DNA of 64,000 bases from Candidatus Latescibacterota bacterium (GCA_965203805.1 OZ241917.1:4576001-4640000), one strand, 5' to 3'. Shown: positions 36,978 to 47,336, numbered from the stretch's first letter. Numbers and translations: made by a program. The notes: generated by a model not told the origin, from the letters alone.

Positions 36978-38957
36978 ATGGCGCAGAGTTCCGCAGCTCA
37001 GACAGCGTCCGAGACTCACGCCGCGCCGCAATCCGACGCGGTGACGCTTCGCGCCGTCGCCATCGGCCTGCTGCTGGTGCTCGTCGTCAATTTCTGGATC
37101 TCAACCACCGAATACGTCATCCACGCCTCGCGGATGCAACTCTCCTTTTTCCCCCTCGCCCTCTTCGCCACTTTCCTCCTGCTGGTCATCGTCAACGGAT
37201 TCATCCGCAGCATCCGGCCGGACAGCGCCCTGCAGTCGTCGGAACTGCTCACCGTCCTGGCAATGGGGTTCGTCGGCGCCGTGGTGCCCACGTCGGGTAT
37301 CACGGGCTTTCTCCTCGGCATTCTCTCGGGCGTCTATTATTTCGCAACCCCCGAGAACCAGTGGGCGAACTACCTGCATCCCAATATGCCCGAATGGGCC
37401 GTACCCTCGAACGAAAATCACGCGATGACCTGGTTTTACGAGGGTCTGCCCGAGGGACAACAGGCGCCGTACCAGGCCTGGATCGCGCCTCTCATCAGCT
37501 GGATCTTCTTTCTCTTCGCCCTTTGCACGCTCCTTTTCTGCATTTCGGTGATTCTCCGAAAGCAGTGGGTGCGGAACGAGCGCCTGGTCTTTCCACTTGC
37601 ATCCGTGGGGGCCACGCTGACGCGCGCCACCCGTGGCGGGTTTCTGCCCGACGCCCTTCGCGGGGGCCTTTTCTGGGGCGGCTTCGGCGTTGGATTCGGC
37701 GCCATTACCTGGAATATCCTCAATTATTTCTGGCCGGTCGTGCCCAGGATCCCCCTGCAGGGCAAGTGGGTCGTCTTTGCGAAGGGCTTTCCGCGCGTCA
37801 ATACCCGCATCAATTTTCTGACGGCGGGCTTCGCGTACTTCGCCAACCTGAATATCCTGTTCTCCATCTGGGTATTCTTCGTGCTCTTCTTCTGGTTCGA
37901 AAACGGCATTATCAATCGCGTCGGATACGTCATCCCGCGCAAGCCGCTCAACTTCTCCGCCGAAACCGAAGTCACGGCCTGGCAGGGGTTCGGCGCGCTG
38001 ACGGTGCTGGTGCTGTGGAACCTCTGGACCGCCCGCACCCATATCAGGGCCGTCTTCGCCAGGGCGTTCGGAAGAGGCGATGCCGACGATGCCGGCGAAC
38101 TGCTCACATACCGGTTCGCGGTGTTCGGACTCATCGGCAGCCTCGTCTTCATCTGCGCCTTCTTCTCCCAACTGGGCATGCAGGGCAAACTCGTCGCATT
38201 GCTCGTGCCCGCCCTGATCGTCAACTACCTCTCCATCGCCCGAATCGTCTGCGAGACCGGTCTGGCCTATATGCGCACCACGTTGACCGAACAGTACGCC
38301 GCCCTGTACACGATCGGCACGAGGGCGCTTGCGCCGGCAAGCATGTCCGGAATCAGCCTCACGTACAGCCTTGTCTGCCAGGGCAAGGGCACCTTTATGT
38401 CACCCTTCATGCACGTGGCTCGGCTCGCGGATCTGATCCGCCGCAACCGGCGACGCCTTGTGCCCGCTCTGGCGCTGGTCGTCGTCGTGGGCCTCGCGGC
38501 CGACTTCGCCCTCACCATCTTCCTGGGTTATCGGACCGGCGCGTTCAATTTCAATGCGTGGCCCTTCTCCAGCGCAGGCCGCTTCGCTTACGACCTGACG
38601 GTTACGCAGATGCGGAGTCCGTTCGACACCAGCTGGGAGCGCCTGGCGGTCTTCTGCGTGGGCGCCGCCGCGATGTCCCTGCTGACTTTTCTGCACTACC
38701 GTCTGCCGTGGTGGCCATTCCATCCCATCGCGTTTCCAATTGCCTTTTCCTGGAACACCCAGCTAACCTTCTTTTCGATCTTCGTGGTGTGGGCCATCAA
38801 GGCCATTCTGCTCAAGGTCGGCGGCGTCAACCTGTACCGGAAGTGGCAGCCCGCCTTCCTGGGGCTGCTGACAGGGTACGTTCTGGCAATCACATTGTCC
38901 TTCCTCGTGGACGCGATCTGGTTTCCCGGCCAGGGACACGGCGTGCATAATTACTAG
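36978..38957 (+). CDS. DUF6785/DUF6784-type polytopic membrane protein, copy 3
   Basis: YYFATPENQW, ILRKQWVRNERLVFPLA, GFAYFANLNILFSIW, GAFNF, WWPFHP, WFPGQGHGVH. Confidence 0.75.
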   Translation: MAQSSAAQTASETHAAPQSDAVTLRAVAIGLLLVLVVNFWISTTEYVIHASRMQLSFFPLALFATFLLLVIVNGFIRSIRPDSALQSSELLTVLAMGFVGAVVPTSGITGFLLGILSGVYYFATPENQWANYLHPNMPEWAVPSNENHAMTWFYEGLPEGQQAPYQAWIAPLISWIFFLFALCTLLFCISVILRKQWVRNERLVFPLASVGATLTRATRGGFLPDALRGGLFWGGFGVGFGAITWNILNYFWPVVPRIPLQGKWVVFAKGFPRVNTRINFLTAGFAYFANLNILFSIWVFFVLFFWFENGIINRVGYVIPRKPLNFSAETEVTAWQGFGALTVLVLWNLWTARTHIRAVFARAFGRGDADDAGELLTYRFAVFGLIGSLVFICAFFSQLGMQGKLVALLVPALIVNYLSIARIVCETGLAYMRTTLTEQYAALYTIGTRALAPASMSGISLTYSLVCQGKGTFMSPFMHVARLADLIRRNRRRLVPALALVVVVGLAADFALTIFLGYRTGAFNFNAWPFSSAGRFAYDLTVTQMRSPFDTSWERLAVFCVGAAAMSLLTFLHYRLPWWPFHPIAFPIAFSWNTQLTFFSIFVVWAIKAILLKVGGVNLYRKWQPAFLGLLTGYVLAITLSFLVDAIWFPGQGHGVHNY

Positions 38958-38980
38958 GCGAAGTGCCAGGCGGACGTCCG

Positions 38981-39010
38981 AAAAAAAGGCCGACGAACGT
39001 TTCGTCGGCC
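38981..39010 (-). terminator. Intrinsic terminator between convergent genes
   Basis: A7 followed by GGCCGACGAA-CGT-TTCGTCGGCC, i.e. a hairpin plus U7 on the minus strand. Confidence 0.85.
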
Positions 39011-39057
39011 CTTCCTGTCGTGCCTGTTGTCTGGCGAGGCTCACGTCTACCCCCGGA

Positions 39058-41091
39058 TCACGGCATCACCCGGAATACCGCGGAACTCGTCGCCTGGCTT
39101 TTTTCCCGCAAGTCCTCCACGACCACCCTGAAGGCCCAGGGACCGGGCTTCGATCCTTCCATGTCCAGCGTAAGATAGTGCGGCTGCCAGTCCCGGGCTT
39201 CGTTGTACGAGTTGGTCACGGCCGTGGTCCACTCCGGAATCGCCGCGTCTTCTTCCGTCCATTTTTCCGGCAGCGGGCGAGTCTGGTACGTGATCCGGTA
39301 GCTTGTGGCGCCGAACTCATCCCGCTTCAGATTGTAAACCTCGAAATAGAACGACATGCTGGCGTCCCGCTGGCACTGCTTCAAGGGATTGGGCAACACC
39401 ATATACCTGTCCCGGCCGAACGGCCGGTCGTCGTGTTCGACGACCCGCTGAGCCAGCAGCAGATCGCTGATCTCCAGTCTGTCCCTGCCGAATCCGCCGA
39501 TCTGTAACGACTCGCGAAAAGTCCCCAGGCTGTGCCGGCTGAGATCCTCCGTCTCAACCGACAGGTGGTACGTCCCGGGATCCATCGACAGACGCTCGCC
39601 CCAGAAAAGATATCCGTCCCGAACGGCGTTGCCTTCGATCCACGGCATTCTGTGAATGGGTGAAATGGTCTTTCGGACTTCCTTCCATCCCGCGTCGAAC
39701 AGAAACAGCCCCTGCTTGAGATCCACTGCCTGTATACCGGAACTGACCTCCTGGTGCGCCACATGTTCGCCGGCAAGCGCATAGTACACCTCCACGCGGG
39801 TTTTTCCGTTCTCTCCCCGGAACTGCGCGATCTCGAACGGCGCGTCGTAACGCTTCAGCCAGTACGGGTCGCTGTAGTACTCGGGGATCCGCGCCACCAG
39901 ATCCTTGTATTTGCTTCTTACCGAACCACGGATCGCGATCTGCAGCACCTCCCAGTTTTTTTCTCCGAGGCGTTCGAACGTCACGCTGAACCCCGGATAA
40001 CTCCACCTCTCGCGGAGCAGCACGTAATTCATCCGATCCAGATAGATGTTTCGCGCATCGGGATGCCCGTAACGTATGTACACCTGGCCGCGGTCCGTCT
40101 CCCAGCCTTCGACGCCCCGGTCCGGATCGGCGAACCTGAGATTGGCGTAGGCCACCCGCCTGCAGTGTTCCAGCATCCGCTCGTTCCCGGGAGTCAGAAA
40201 CAGCGGATCCCGTCCTGTCCAGAACCGCCGCAAAGTGTCTTCGTCCGGCAGCTCGCCGCCGTCTTTCAACGCTTCCCGGTCCGTCAACACCACCACGGAC
40301 CGGATGAACTGCTGTTCCAGCGGCGACATCAGGTCCAGGCCTTCCGAATAGAGGGCGAAGGCTTTGTCCAGGTCCTTGCGATTCTGGTATCCCAGCCCCG
40401 TGAAGAAGTATGCATCCCAGTCTTCCGGGTGGCGTTGTGCGTATTCTTCGAACAGCTCCACCAGTCGATCGGCCATGTGTCCTTCGAGGTAGACCTGGCC
40501 AAGCAGAATCCGCGCGGGACGGTGTTCCGGATCCACTTCCAGCACACGGGTGAGATAGCCGATCGCCTGCTCCCGCATCCCCCTGCCGTAATTCCCGTAG
40601 TGGAACCTTCGCTTGCGCTCCGGTCCCGACTTCAGGGTTTCCCGTTCCAGATTGTACATCATTTCCCGGGCGGCGTACCTGCCGGCCTGGTATAGGGCGT
40701 CGACGTTATTCGGCGACAGTGCGATCGCCCGCCGGATCTGCACGTAGAACTCTTTGCGCGATCCCGCTTGCCAGTAAATCTCCGCATACGTCTTGACGTA
40801 AGCGGCGTTCTCCGGCTCCCGCTTCATCGCCCGTTGCACCCACTGCCGAGCGAACCGCCTGGACAACACGGTGCCGCGACTCAGATAGTGCCTGGCCAGG
40901 GCGTGCATCGCCCTTCCGGACGGATCGTATCGAACCGCCCGCTCCATCAACGATACGCGCTTCATGTGCGACAGGGAGGTATCCGCCGCAGAGTCAAGAA
41001 GGGCCGCCACTTTATACGCGTCCCGTTTGGCGGCCGGTAAAGGCGCGGCGAAGCAAAGGATGGTGGGGATCAACAGCGCGAAACGCAACAT
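39058..41091 (-). CDS. Secreted TPR + GWxTD domain protein
   Basis: Signal peptide MLRFALL...; TPR-like helices; FW..RDPLFLTPGNERMLEH.RRVAYAN..F; GWETDRGQVYIRYGHPD; C-terminal ISDLLLA..LPNP..YFEVYNL. Confidence 0.88.
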   Translation of the reverse strand: MLRFALLIPTILCFAAPLPAAKRDAYKVAALLDSAADTSLSHMKRVSLMERAVRYDPSGRAMHALARHYLSRGTVLSRRFARQWVQRAMKREPENAAYVKTYAEIYWQAGSRKEFYVQIRRAIALSPNNVDALYQAGRYAAREMMYNLERETLKSGPERKRRFHYGNYGRGMREQAIGYLTRVLEVDPEHRPARILLGQVYLEGHMADRLVELFEEYAQRHPEDWDAYFFTGLGYQNRKDLDKAFALYSEGLDLMSPLEQQFIRSVVVLTDREALKDGGELPDEDTLRRFWTGRDPLFLTPGNERMLEHCRRVAYANLRFADPDRGVEGWETDRGQVYIRYGHPDARNIYLDRMNYVLLRERWSYPGFSVTFERLGEKNWEVLQIAIRGSVRSKYKDLVARIPEYYSDPYWLKRYDAPFEIAQFRGENGKTRVEVYYALAGEHVAHQEVSSGIQAVDLKQGLFLFDAGWKEVRKTISPIHRMPWIEGNAVRDGYLFWGERLSMDPGTYHLSVETEDLSRHSLGTFRESLQIGGFGRDRLEISDLLLAQRVVEHDDRPFGRDRYMVLPNPLKQCQRDASMSFYFEVYNLKRDEFGATSYRITYQTRPLPEKWTEEDAAIPEWTTAVTNSYNEARDWQPHYLTLDMEGSKPGPWAFRVVVEDLREKSQATSSAVFRVMP

Positions 41092-41277
41092 GACGTAACC
41101 CACGTGAATCGGCGGAGACGGAAGACCGGCGACAGGCGGGATGAAGGCGGGCGCCGCAACCGTTTACGAATTATCCGATACGTACCCCGAGTACCATATG
41201 TAGACCCTGAAATGAAATGAAAAGTTCCGACGGCATGTCCATCGACGCTTCGACAGGCGGGGCCGGCCGCACGCCGG

Positions 41278-43398
41278 CTACCATCTCACGCGAAAACGTG
41301 TCATGGATTCGGCCTCGGCGCGTGCCAGCAGGTCCTCGACGATCACCCGGAATGCGCGCAATCCCGGCGCCGTACCGGCCATATCCACCCGCAGATACCG
41401 GGGTTCCCAATCCCGGGCGCCCCGGTACGTATATGACACCGCCGTGGTCCACTCCGGCTGCGGGTCATCCAGACGGCTCCTCTCGGGGATCACCTGGGTC
41501 TGATAGCCAATCCTGTAATGCGTGGCGCCGAAGGTATCGCGCGCCAGGTTGTACACCTCGAAATAAAACCATGCGCTTCCATCGCGCGAGCACTCCCGAA
41601 GCGGATTGGGCAGCACCATGAAACGGGCGCGGTCCATCGGCCACTCGTCCCGCTCCACGATGCGCCGCGCCATCAGCAGGCTGCTGATTTCCAGCGAATC
41701 GGCGCTGAACCGCCTGACCCGCAGGCGGTCCCGGAACGTGCCCACTTTCCTTGTGGCCTGGTCCTCCGCCTCTCCCGCCAGGTTATAGTCGCCTGGCGCC
41801 AGCGTCAACTGCTCGCTCGCGAGCAGGTATCCCCTCCTGGTGGAGACGTAGTCTATCCAGGGCATGCGCCGTACCCGGCCGACCTCCCGCCGCAGCGTAT
41901 CCCAGGCCGTGTCGAACAGGAACATCGCCTGCAACACGTCCACCGCGCGGACCCCGGGATTGACCTCTTCATGCGCGACCTTGTCGCCCGGAAGCGCATA
42001 GTATACCTCGACGCCGGTCTTCCCGCCATCGCGCCTGAACTGAGCGACCTGATAGGGAACGCTGTACTGATAAGGATAGCGGTAGTAGTCCGGTACCGCT
42101 TTGACCAGTTCGCTGAAATTGAGGCTCCGGCCGCCCAGCTTCGACTTGCCGAATCGCCACGAATCCCAGGAATTGGTGTTCAGGAACGACACCTCGAATC
42201 CCTCATACGTCCACGTATCCTTTCGAGGATGGAATTCGAAGATCCCGCCTGACGGGCGCCATTGCCGCCTCCTCATCTCCGCTTCCTCTTCGATGGTCTT
42301 TGTGAGGCCCAGATCGATGTCCGCCGGCGTCATGTGCCGCGCGACGGGGTCGCCGTACCGGATGTATGCCTGACCCCGGGCCGTTTCCCATCCGGCGTAT
42401 CCATTGATCGGGTCGCCGAACCGCAGGTTTGCGAAGGCCACCCGCCGGCATTGCTCCAGCATCCGTTCGTTGATCTCGCTCAGATACAGCGGATCTTTCC
42501 CGAACCAGAACTTCCGGATCGCTTCCTCGTCCGGCGGGGGCTCGTCGTTCTTCCAGGATTTCCTGTCCCGCATCAGAAAGACCGACTGCATGAACCGGCG
42601 CTGCCGGTCGGACAGCCGCGCCAGCCCGTCCACGTAGGCGCGGTAGGCCGCTTCCGGGTCACCCTTCGCCTGGTGGCCCAGCCCCTTGAAGAAAAAGGCG
42701 TCAGCGCGGCCAGGATTTCGTTCGATATCGTCCTTGAACAGGGAGATCAGCGCATCCGACCTTCGCGCCAGATAATATGCCAGCCCAAGGTGCACGCGGG
42801 ACGGCCAATGGCCGGGATCCAGCCACAGGGCGCGGCTCAGATAGTCGATCCCGACGTCCACGTCCATGTCCGCGTAACCGCGCTGCGCGAACGTGCGCCC
42901 CGCGGTCACGTCTCCGTCCCCCGCCACCCGAGCCTCGTCGCCCGCTCCCTCCCGCGTGAAGAACGTCATCTCCCACGACCAGACCACGAACCGCCCCGCC
43001 CAATAGTGCGCGCGCACGTTTTGCGGGTCCAGCGCGATGGCCTCCCGCGCCCTCTTGTACGATCCTGATCGGGGGCCGGTGCGCCAGAGCAGTTCCGCAA
43101 AGGTCGCCACGTATTCCGAGTTATCGGGTTCGCGCCCCAGCGCCCGCTTCAGGAGCGACCGCGCCTGCTGGCGCGAATACGTCGTGCCTTTTTTCAGCCG
43201 CAACCGCGCGAGCGCATGCAGGGCGCTTCCAGTCCTGTCTCGTTCGATCGCTTCCTTCAGCAGGTCCCTGCGTCTGTCCATTCCCAGCGAGGTATCCGTG
43301 GATGCCTGAACGAGCGAATCCACCGTCGCCGAATCCTCCTGCGAGGCTTGCGCAGCGACTGTCAGCGACAACAGGGTTACGAACGTCGATAGAATCAT
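41278..43398 (-). CDS. Secreted TPR + GWxTD domain protein (GWETA variant)
   Basis: Signal MILSTFVTLLSLTVAAQA; FW..KDP..NERMLEQ.RRVAFAN; GWETARGQAYIRYGDP; ISSLLMA..LPNP..YFEVYNL. Confidence 0.86.
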   Translation of the reverse strand: MILSTFVTLLSLTVAAQASQEDSATVDSLVQASTDTSLGMDRRRDLLKEAIERDRTGSALHALARLRLKKGTTYSRQQARSLLKRALGREPDNSEYVATFAELLWRTGPRSGSYKRAREAIALDPQNVRAHYWAGRFVVWSWEMTFFTREGAGDEARVAGDGDVTAGRTFAQRGYADMDVDVGIDYLSRALWLDPGHWPSRVHLGLAYYLARRSDALISLFKDDIERNPGRADAFFFKGLGHQAKGDPEAAYRAYVDGLARLSDRQRRFMQSVFLMRDRKSWKNDEPPPDEEAIRKFWFGKDPLYLSEINERMLEQCRRVAFANLRFGDPINGYAGWETARGQAYIRYGDPVARHMTPADIDLGLTKTIEEEAEMRRRQWRPSGGIFEFHPRKDTWTYEGFEVSFLNTNSWDSWRFGKSKLGGRSLNFSELVKAVPDYYRYPYQYSVPYQVAQFRRDGGKTGVEVYYALPGDKVAHEEVNPGVRAVDVLQAMFLFDTAWDTLRREVGRVRRMPWIDYVSTRRGYLLASEQLTLAPGDYNLAGEAEDQATRKVGTFRDRLRVRRFSADSLEISSLLMARRIVERDEWPMDRARFMVLPNPLRECSRDGSAWFYFEVYNLARDTFGATHYRIGYQTQVIPERSRLDDPQPEWTTAVSYTYRGARDWEPRYLRVDMAGTAPGLRAFRVIVEDLLARAEAESMTRFRVRW

Positions 43399-43463
43399 TC
43401 GTATCTCCGAAATCCCGGCGGATTTCGATTCTCCCGGCATCGATCCATTCGATTGGTTGCCGG

Positions 43464-44576
43464 CTACGCGGCGCGAATAGTCTCGTGCGCGCGGCTGTAT
43501 CGAGCCAAGGCGTCCACATCCAGTTCGCACCCCAGACCGGGGTCCATGGGAACCGGCGCGAATCCATCCTCAAATGCGATCTGCTCCCGGATCAGGTTGC
43601 TTTCCCGGACCCAGCTTCCCACGATGTCCGACGCCATGGTGCAGTTGGGCGCCGCGGAAACCGCGTGTACGTACGACGCTTCCAGGATTCCCAGATCCAC
43701 GCCCGATCCGTGCCAGCAGCGCAGCCCGGCCGCCTGCGCCACGGCGGCGCTTTTTACGAAGCCCGCCATGCTCCCCCCCAGGTTCACGCAGTCCACCACG
43801 CCTGCCTTCACCGCCCGAATCACGTCCGAACCGCTCCCCAGGTGCATCGCAATGGGGATATTGACGGCCTCGTAAATGGCAACGTAACCCTCCAGGTCCG
43901 ACTTGGGAATCGGGTCTTCGAATACCTCCACGTTGCCCAGCGGCTCGAGTTGTCCGGCGAGTTCGATCGTCTGCTCGGCCGTGCGGAACCGCTCGTTGGG
44001 GTCGACGGTGACCTTGAATTCCGGGCCGGCGACGTCCCGGATGGCCCGCAGCCGTTCCACCATCGGTTCCTCGATCTTGCACTTGATTTTGATCCCCTTG
44101 AAGCCGTGCTCGAGCGCCCGCGCGACGGTCCGCTTTCCGTCTTCCGGCGTCTGGGACCCCATCCAGTAGTCCGCCCGCACCCGGTCTCGAACGGCGCCGC
44201 CGAGCAGGGTGTGCACGGGAATTCCGCGCGCCCGGCCGATCAGGTCGTATACCGCCATCTCGAGTGCGTGATACGCGGGGCCCGTTCCCACTTCCAGCAT
44301 CTTCTCGGCGCCGTCGGCGCGAGGTTCGTAAATATTCTGCAGCGTCAGGGTTTCGGGGTCCTTGCCCAGCACCAGGTCCGCGCCCGCGCGCACGTCCTCG
44401 ATGGGCACACCCCTGCCGGTCTCTCCCAGGCCGTAGGTTTCGGTGTCCGTGTTGATTCGAAGGATATGTTTCGGCACCACGTCCCACCCGACTTCGGGGA
44501 CCCATTCGGGGCTGTTCACGCGCCCCGGAAGACTCGGCACGACCACGGTCCATACGTCCATCGACGTCATTTTCAT
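43464..44576 (-). CDS. Mandelate racemase/muconate lactonizing enzyme family (enolase superfamily)
   Basis: GLGE, ALEMAVYDLIGRARGIPVHTLLGG, GFKGIKIK, VDPNE, FEDP, PGLGCELD. Confidence 0.9.
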   Translation of the reverse strand: MKMTSMDVWTVVVPSLPGRVNSPEWVPEVGWDVVPKHILRINTDTETYGLGETGRGVPIEDVRAGADLVLGKDPETLTLQNIYEPRADGAEKMLEVGTGPAYHALEMAVYDLIGRARGIPVHTLLGGAVRDRVRADYWMGSQTPEDGKRTVARALEHGFKGIKIKCKIEEPMVERLRAIRDVAGPEFKVTVDPNERFRTAEQTIELAGQLEPLGNVEVFEDPIPKSDLEGYVAIYEAVNIPIAMHLGSGSDVIRAVKAGVVDCVNLGGSMAGFVKSAAVAQAAGLRCWHGSGVDLGILEASYVHAVSAAPNCTMASDIVGSWVRESNLIREQIAFEDGFAPVPMDPGLGCELDVDALARYSRAHETIRAA

Positions 44577-44614
44577 CGTTCACTCCTCGGTTATTGGATT
44601 TCGGGATATATGGT

Positions 44615-44663
44615 TTGACATTGACACTGCTATACTGTATATTGAAAGTAATACACTAATACA
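44615..44663 (+). promoter_or_regulatory. Sigma70-type promoter overlapped by a putative YtrA/GntR operator
   Basis: TTGACA (44615)-N17-TATATT (44638). Palindrome TGTAT-N10-ATACA at 44636-44655 and a further TAATACA at 44657, resembling YtrA-subfamily boxes. Confidence 0.7.
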
Positions 44664-44680
44664 CCCTGGAGAACCGACCC

Positions 44681-45073
44681 GTGCTGATTGCAATCGACCA
44701 CCACAGCGGCGTGCCGGTCTACCGGCAGTTGATGGATCAGATCAAGTTTCATATCGCGAGCGGCCTGTTGAATGCTGGCGAAAAACTGCCCACCACGCGC
44801 TCCCTCTCGGCGGAACTGGGCGTGAACCCGATGACGGTCAGCAAGGCCTACGGCTATTTGGAGGCCGAGGGCATCCTGGAGCGGCGGCGCGGACTTCCGC
44901 TGACCGTCAGTCACCTGAGACCCGAAAAGATCGAGGTGCAAAAGCTCCATCGGCTGCGGCAAAGCCTGGCGCCCATCGTGGCCATCGCAAGACAACTCGG
45001 TGTTGAAAAATCGCAGGCCCTGGAACTGTTCGGCCGGATGCTGGACGATGCCGAGGATCAGGAGGAGTCATAA
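44681..45073 (+). CDS. GntR family transcriptional regulator, YtrA subfamily
   Basis: ID..SGVPVYRQL..QI..IASG.L..GEKLPTTRSLSAELGVNPMTVSKAY..LE..G; short C-terminus; precedes an ABC ATPase. Confidence 0.93.
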   Translation: MLIAIDHHSGVPVYRQLMDQIKFHIASGLLNAGEKLPTTRSLSAELGVNPMTVSKAYGYLEAEGILERRRGLPLTVSHLRPEKIEVQKLHRLRQSLAPIVAIARQLGVEKSQALELFGRMLDDAEDQEES

Positions 45074-45074
45074 T

Positions 45075-45959
45075 ATGGAATCCGCATTCGAAGTCAAGAA
45101 CCTGACGAAGACGTTTGGAGACGTCACCGCGCTGGACAACGTGAGCGTGTCCGTTCCCGGGCCGGCGGTTGTGGGCCTCATCGGCAGAAACGGGAGCGGA
45201 AAGACAACGCTGCTTCGCCACGTCATCGGCCTATACCTGCCAACCAGCGGGCATTGCACCACCCTTGGATGCCCCAGCGACAAGCTGGGTTCCGACGAAC
45301 TCTCGCGCATCGGCGTCGTCCACCAGGAGAACCGGTTTCTGGAATGGATGAAGGTGGAGCAGCAACTGCGCTATGTCTCCTCGTTCTACAAACGTTGGGA
45401 CAAGGACCTGGAACAGCGCCTGGTCGACGAACTGGAACTGGAGCCCTCGGCGCGCGTGGGGACGCTCTCGCCAGGCAACGCGCAGAAGCTGGGCATCATT
45501 CTCGCCGTCTGCCACCGCCCGGACCTGCTGATCCTGGACGAACCGATCAGCGGCCTGGACCCCATCACGCGCGAGCAATTTCTGAGATTCCTCCTGGAAC
45601 TCCTCCATCAGGACGCGAATACGATCGTCATTTCGTCACACGTCCTGCACGACGTCGAGAAAGTCATCAACCGGGTGATCTGCCTCGACAAGGGCCGGAT
45701 CAAGGCGGACGCCTCGCTGGACGACCTCCAGGAGCGATTCGCCGAGTGGCGGGTGACCGTCAAGGCCGGCAGACTCCCCACGCGCTTCGAAGAAGACTTC
45801 GTCGTGTCACAGGAGGTGGACAGCTACCAGGCCCGACTGCTCGTGAAAGGAGCATCGGACAACCTGGACGCATTCAAAACGAAATACGGCGTGGACGTCG
45901 ACAGCAGCCCGCTCAACCTGGAGAGCATGTTCCCGCTCCTTCTGCAGGAGAACGCATGA
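45075..45959 (+). CDS. ABC-2 type ATP-binding protein (YtrB-like)
   Basis: GRNGSGKTT, degenerate signature LSPGNAQK, LILDEP, ISSHVL. Confidence 0.92.
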   Translation: MESAFEVKNLTKTFGDVTALDNVSVSVPGPAVVGLIGRNGSGKTTLLRHVIGLYLPTSGHCTTLGCPSDKLGSDELSRIGVVHQENRFLEWMKVEQQLRYVSSFYKRWDKDLEQRLVDELELEPSARVGTLSPGNAQKLGIILAVCHRPDLLILDEPISGLDPITREQFLRFLLELLHQDANTIVISSHVLHDVEKVINRVICLDKGRIKADASLDDLQERFAEWRVTVKAGRLPTRFEEDFVVSQEVDSYQARLLVKGASDNLDAFKTKYGVDVDSSPLNLESMFPLLLQENA

Positions 45960-47296
45960 TGGGGTTCTACGCCCTCTACCGGCTTCTCTGGCGTCCGATG
46001 ATCCTTGGATTCTATGTGCTCTTTGCCGGAATGACCCTGCTGGTGCTTTCGGTTGTCAGCACGGAATTTCACGCCGCCCCTGAGGTGCGACGCCTTAACC
46101 TGTTTACTCTGATTATACCTGCTTTTTCTGGCCTATTTGTGGGACAACGTGTAGGAGAGATCCAGTACACACTTTATTCGTGGACGTTACCGGGAATGCG
46201 CAGATTGCTCGTTTCCTCCATACATCTCACGGGCATCGCAACGGCAGTTGTTACGATCCTGGTCTACGACTGGCTCGGCGGTTCCGTCCCGCTTGCCCCC
46301 ATTTTAATGTCCGGTCTTCTCTGGTATGCGATGGCCTACATAGTCGGAACCTATGAATTCCTGGATGGGCCATCGAGGTTGGACCGAAGTTCCGCATCCA
46401 TGCTATTGCCGATTTTCCTGTTTGTAATCATCGCATACTGCATCGACGCAATGGTAGAACTTTACGCTGCCCAGCCAGTCCTTTGCTCCATTCTAACATT
46501 GGCAGGTGCGTTGTTCTATCTGAATCGCGGCTTTGCTGCTGGCACCGCCAGAAGAAAATCGCTTGTTTCAATGCCAACGTTCGATCGCGGTGCTTTCGGG
46601 TCCTGGGAATTGCCAACATATTCGTGGCCGAGAAAAGCCACCAGGGTATGGAGGCATGCCGCTCCGATAACCGGCACGGTTGAATGGATCCGAGCAGGAA
46701 GGTACGAGATCGACTGCAGGACTCGAATCGGGTGGGTGAATACGGCAATACTATATTCCGTTGGCGTAATGGTCGCATCGGCGGTCATGGTCTGGTTTGC
46801 AGGCCCGGAAATCACGGGAGTTCCTGTCGTCGTGCCTGTAATCATGGTGCTTTCCGTGTTCCATCAGTCACCATACGTACAAAAAGGCTGGGCCTATCCG
46901 CTTTCGCGAGCGCAACTGGCGAGGCTCGGGTATTGGAGTAGCCTTCTCCATAACTTTGTCTACTGCGGAATTATGTTAGTGGCGTTCCTCGTCCTTGACG
47001 GCCTCGCTGGCATCTACGCCGGACTTGATCTCGCGCGTCCTATCGTGCTGATATTCATATGCATTCCGGTCATCCAGTGGGTGAGACTGCGATACCGATA
47101 CGATCAGCTTTGGTCTTATGTGGTAATGGCGCTATTCATTATTGGCTATTCGAGCCTGATTCCGATATGGATTGATCTGGGTCCGCGCGCATTTATCGGA
47201 TACGAGGTCGGCGCTGTTATTGCTCTCATCCTCCTCTCCCAGTTCCTCTTTCACTACAAGATCGAGAAGTATTATAAAACCGCCGATCTCGTCTGA
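45956..47296 (+). CDS. Polytopic membrane protein, putative ABC permease, copy 1
   Basis: ATGA coupling to the ATPase; roughly a dozen hydrophobic segments; SWTLP..R, WIRAG.YE, YPL.R.QLARL.YW.SL, YYKTADLV. Confidence 0.7.
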   Translation: MMGFYALYRLLWRPMILGFYVLFAGMTLLVLSVVSTEFHAAPEVRRLNLFTLIIPAFSGLFVGQRVGEIQYTLYSWTLPGMRRLLVSSIHLTGIATAVVTILVYDWLGGSVPLAPILMSGLLWYAMAYIVGTYEFLDGPSRLDRSSASMLLPIFLFVIIAYCIDAMVELYAAQPVLCSILTLAGALFYLNRGFAAGTARRKSLVSMPTFDRGAFGSWELPTYSWPRKATRVWRHAAPITGTVEWIRAGRYEIDCRTRIGWVNTAILYSVGVMVASAVMVWFAGPEITGVPVVVPVIMVLSVFHQSPYVQKGWAYPLSRAQLARLGYWSSLLHNFVYCGIMLVAFLVLDGLAGIYAGLDLARPIVLIFICIPVIQWVRLRYRYDQLWSYVVMALFIIGYSSLIPIWIDLGPRAFIGYEVGAVIALILLSQFLFHYKIEKYYKTADLV

Positions 47297-47336
47297 CGTT
47301 GCGTGGCGACGGCGGGGTACAGCAACGGAGAAATCC

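Noticed and set aside
45254-45955. N-terminal 234 aa of the 680-aa ORF
   Set aside because: Overlaps the ABC ATPase in another frame; the real start is ATG 45956. The same applies to the extensions at 2364, 23454, 25385, 43530, 47172, 60782 and 63125.
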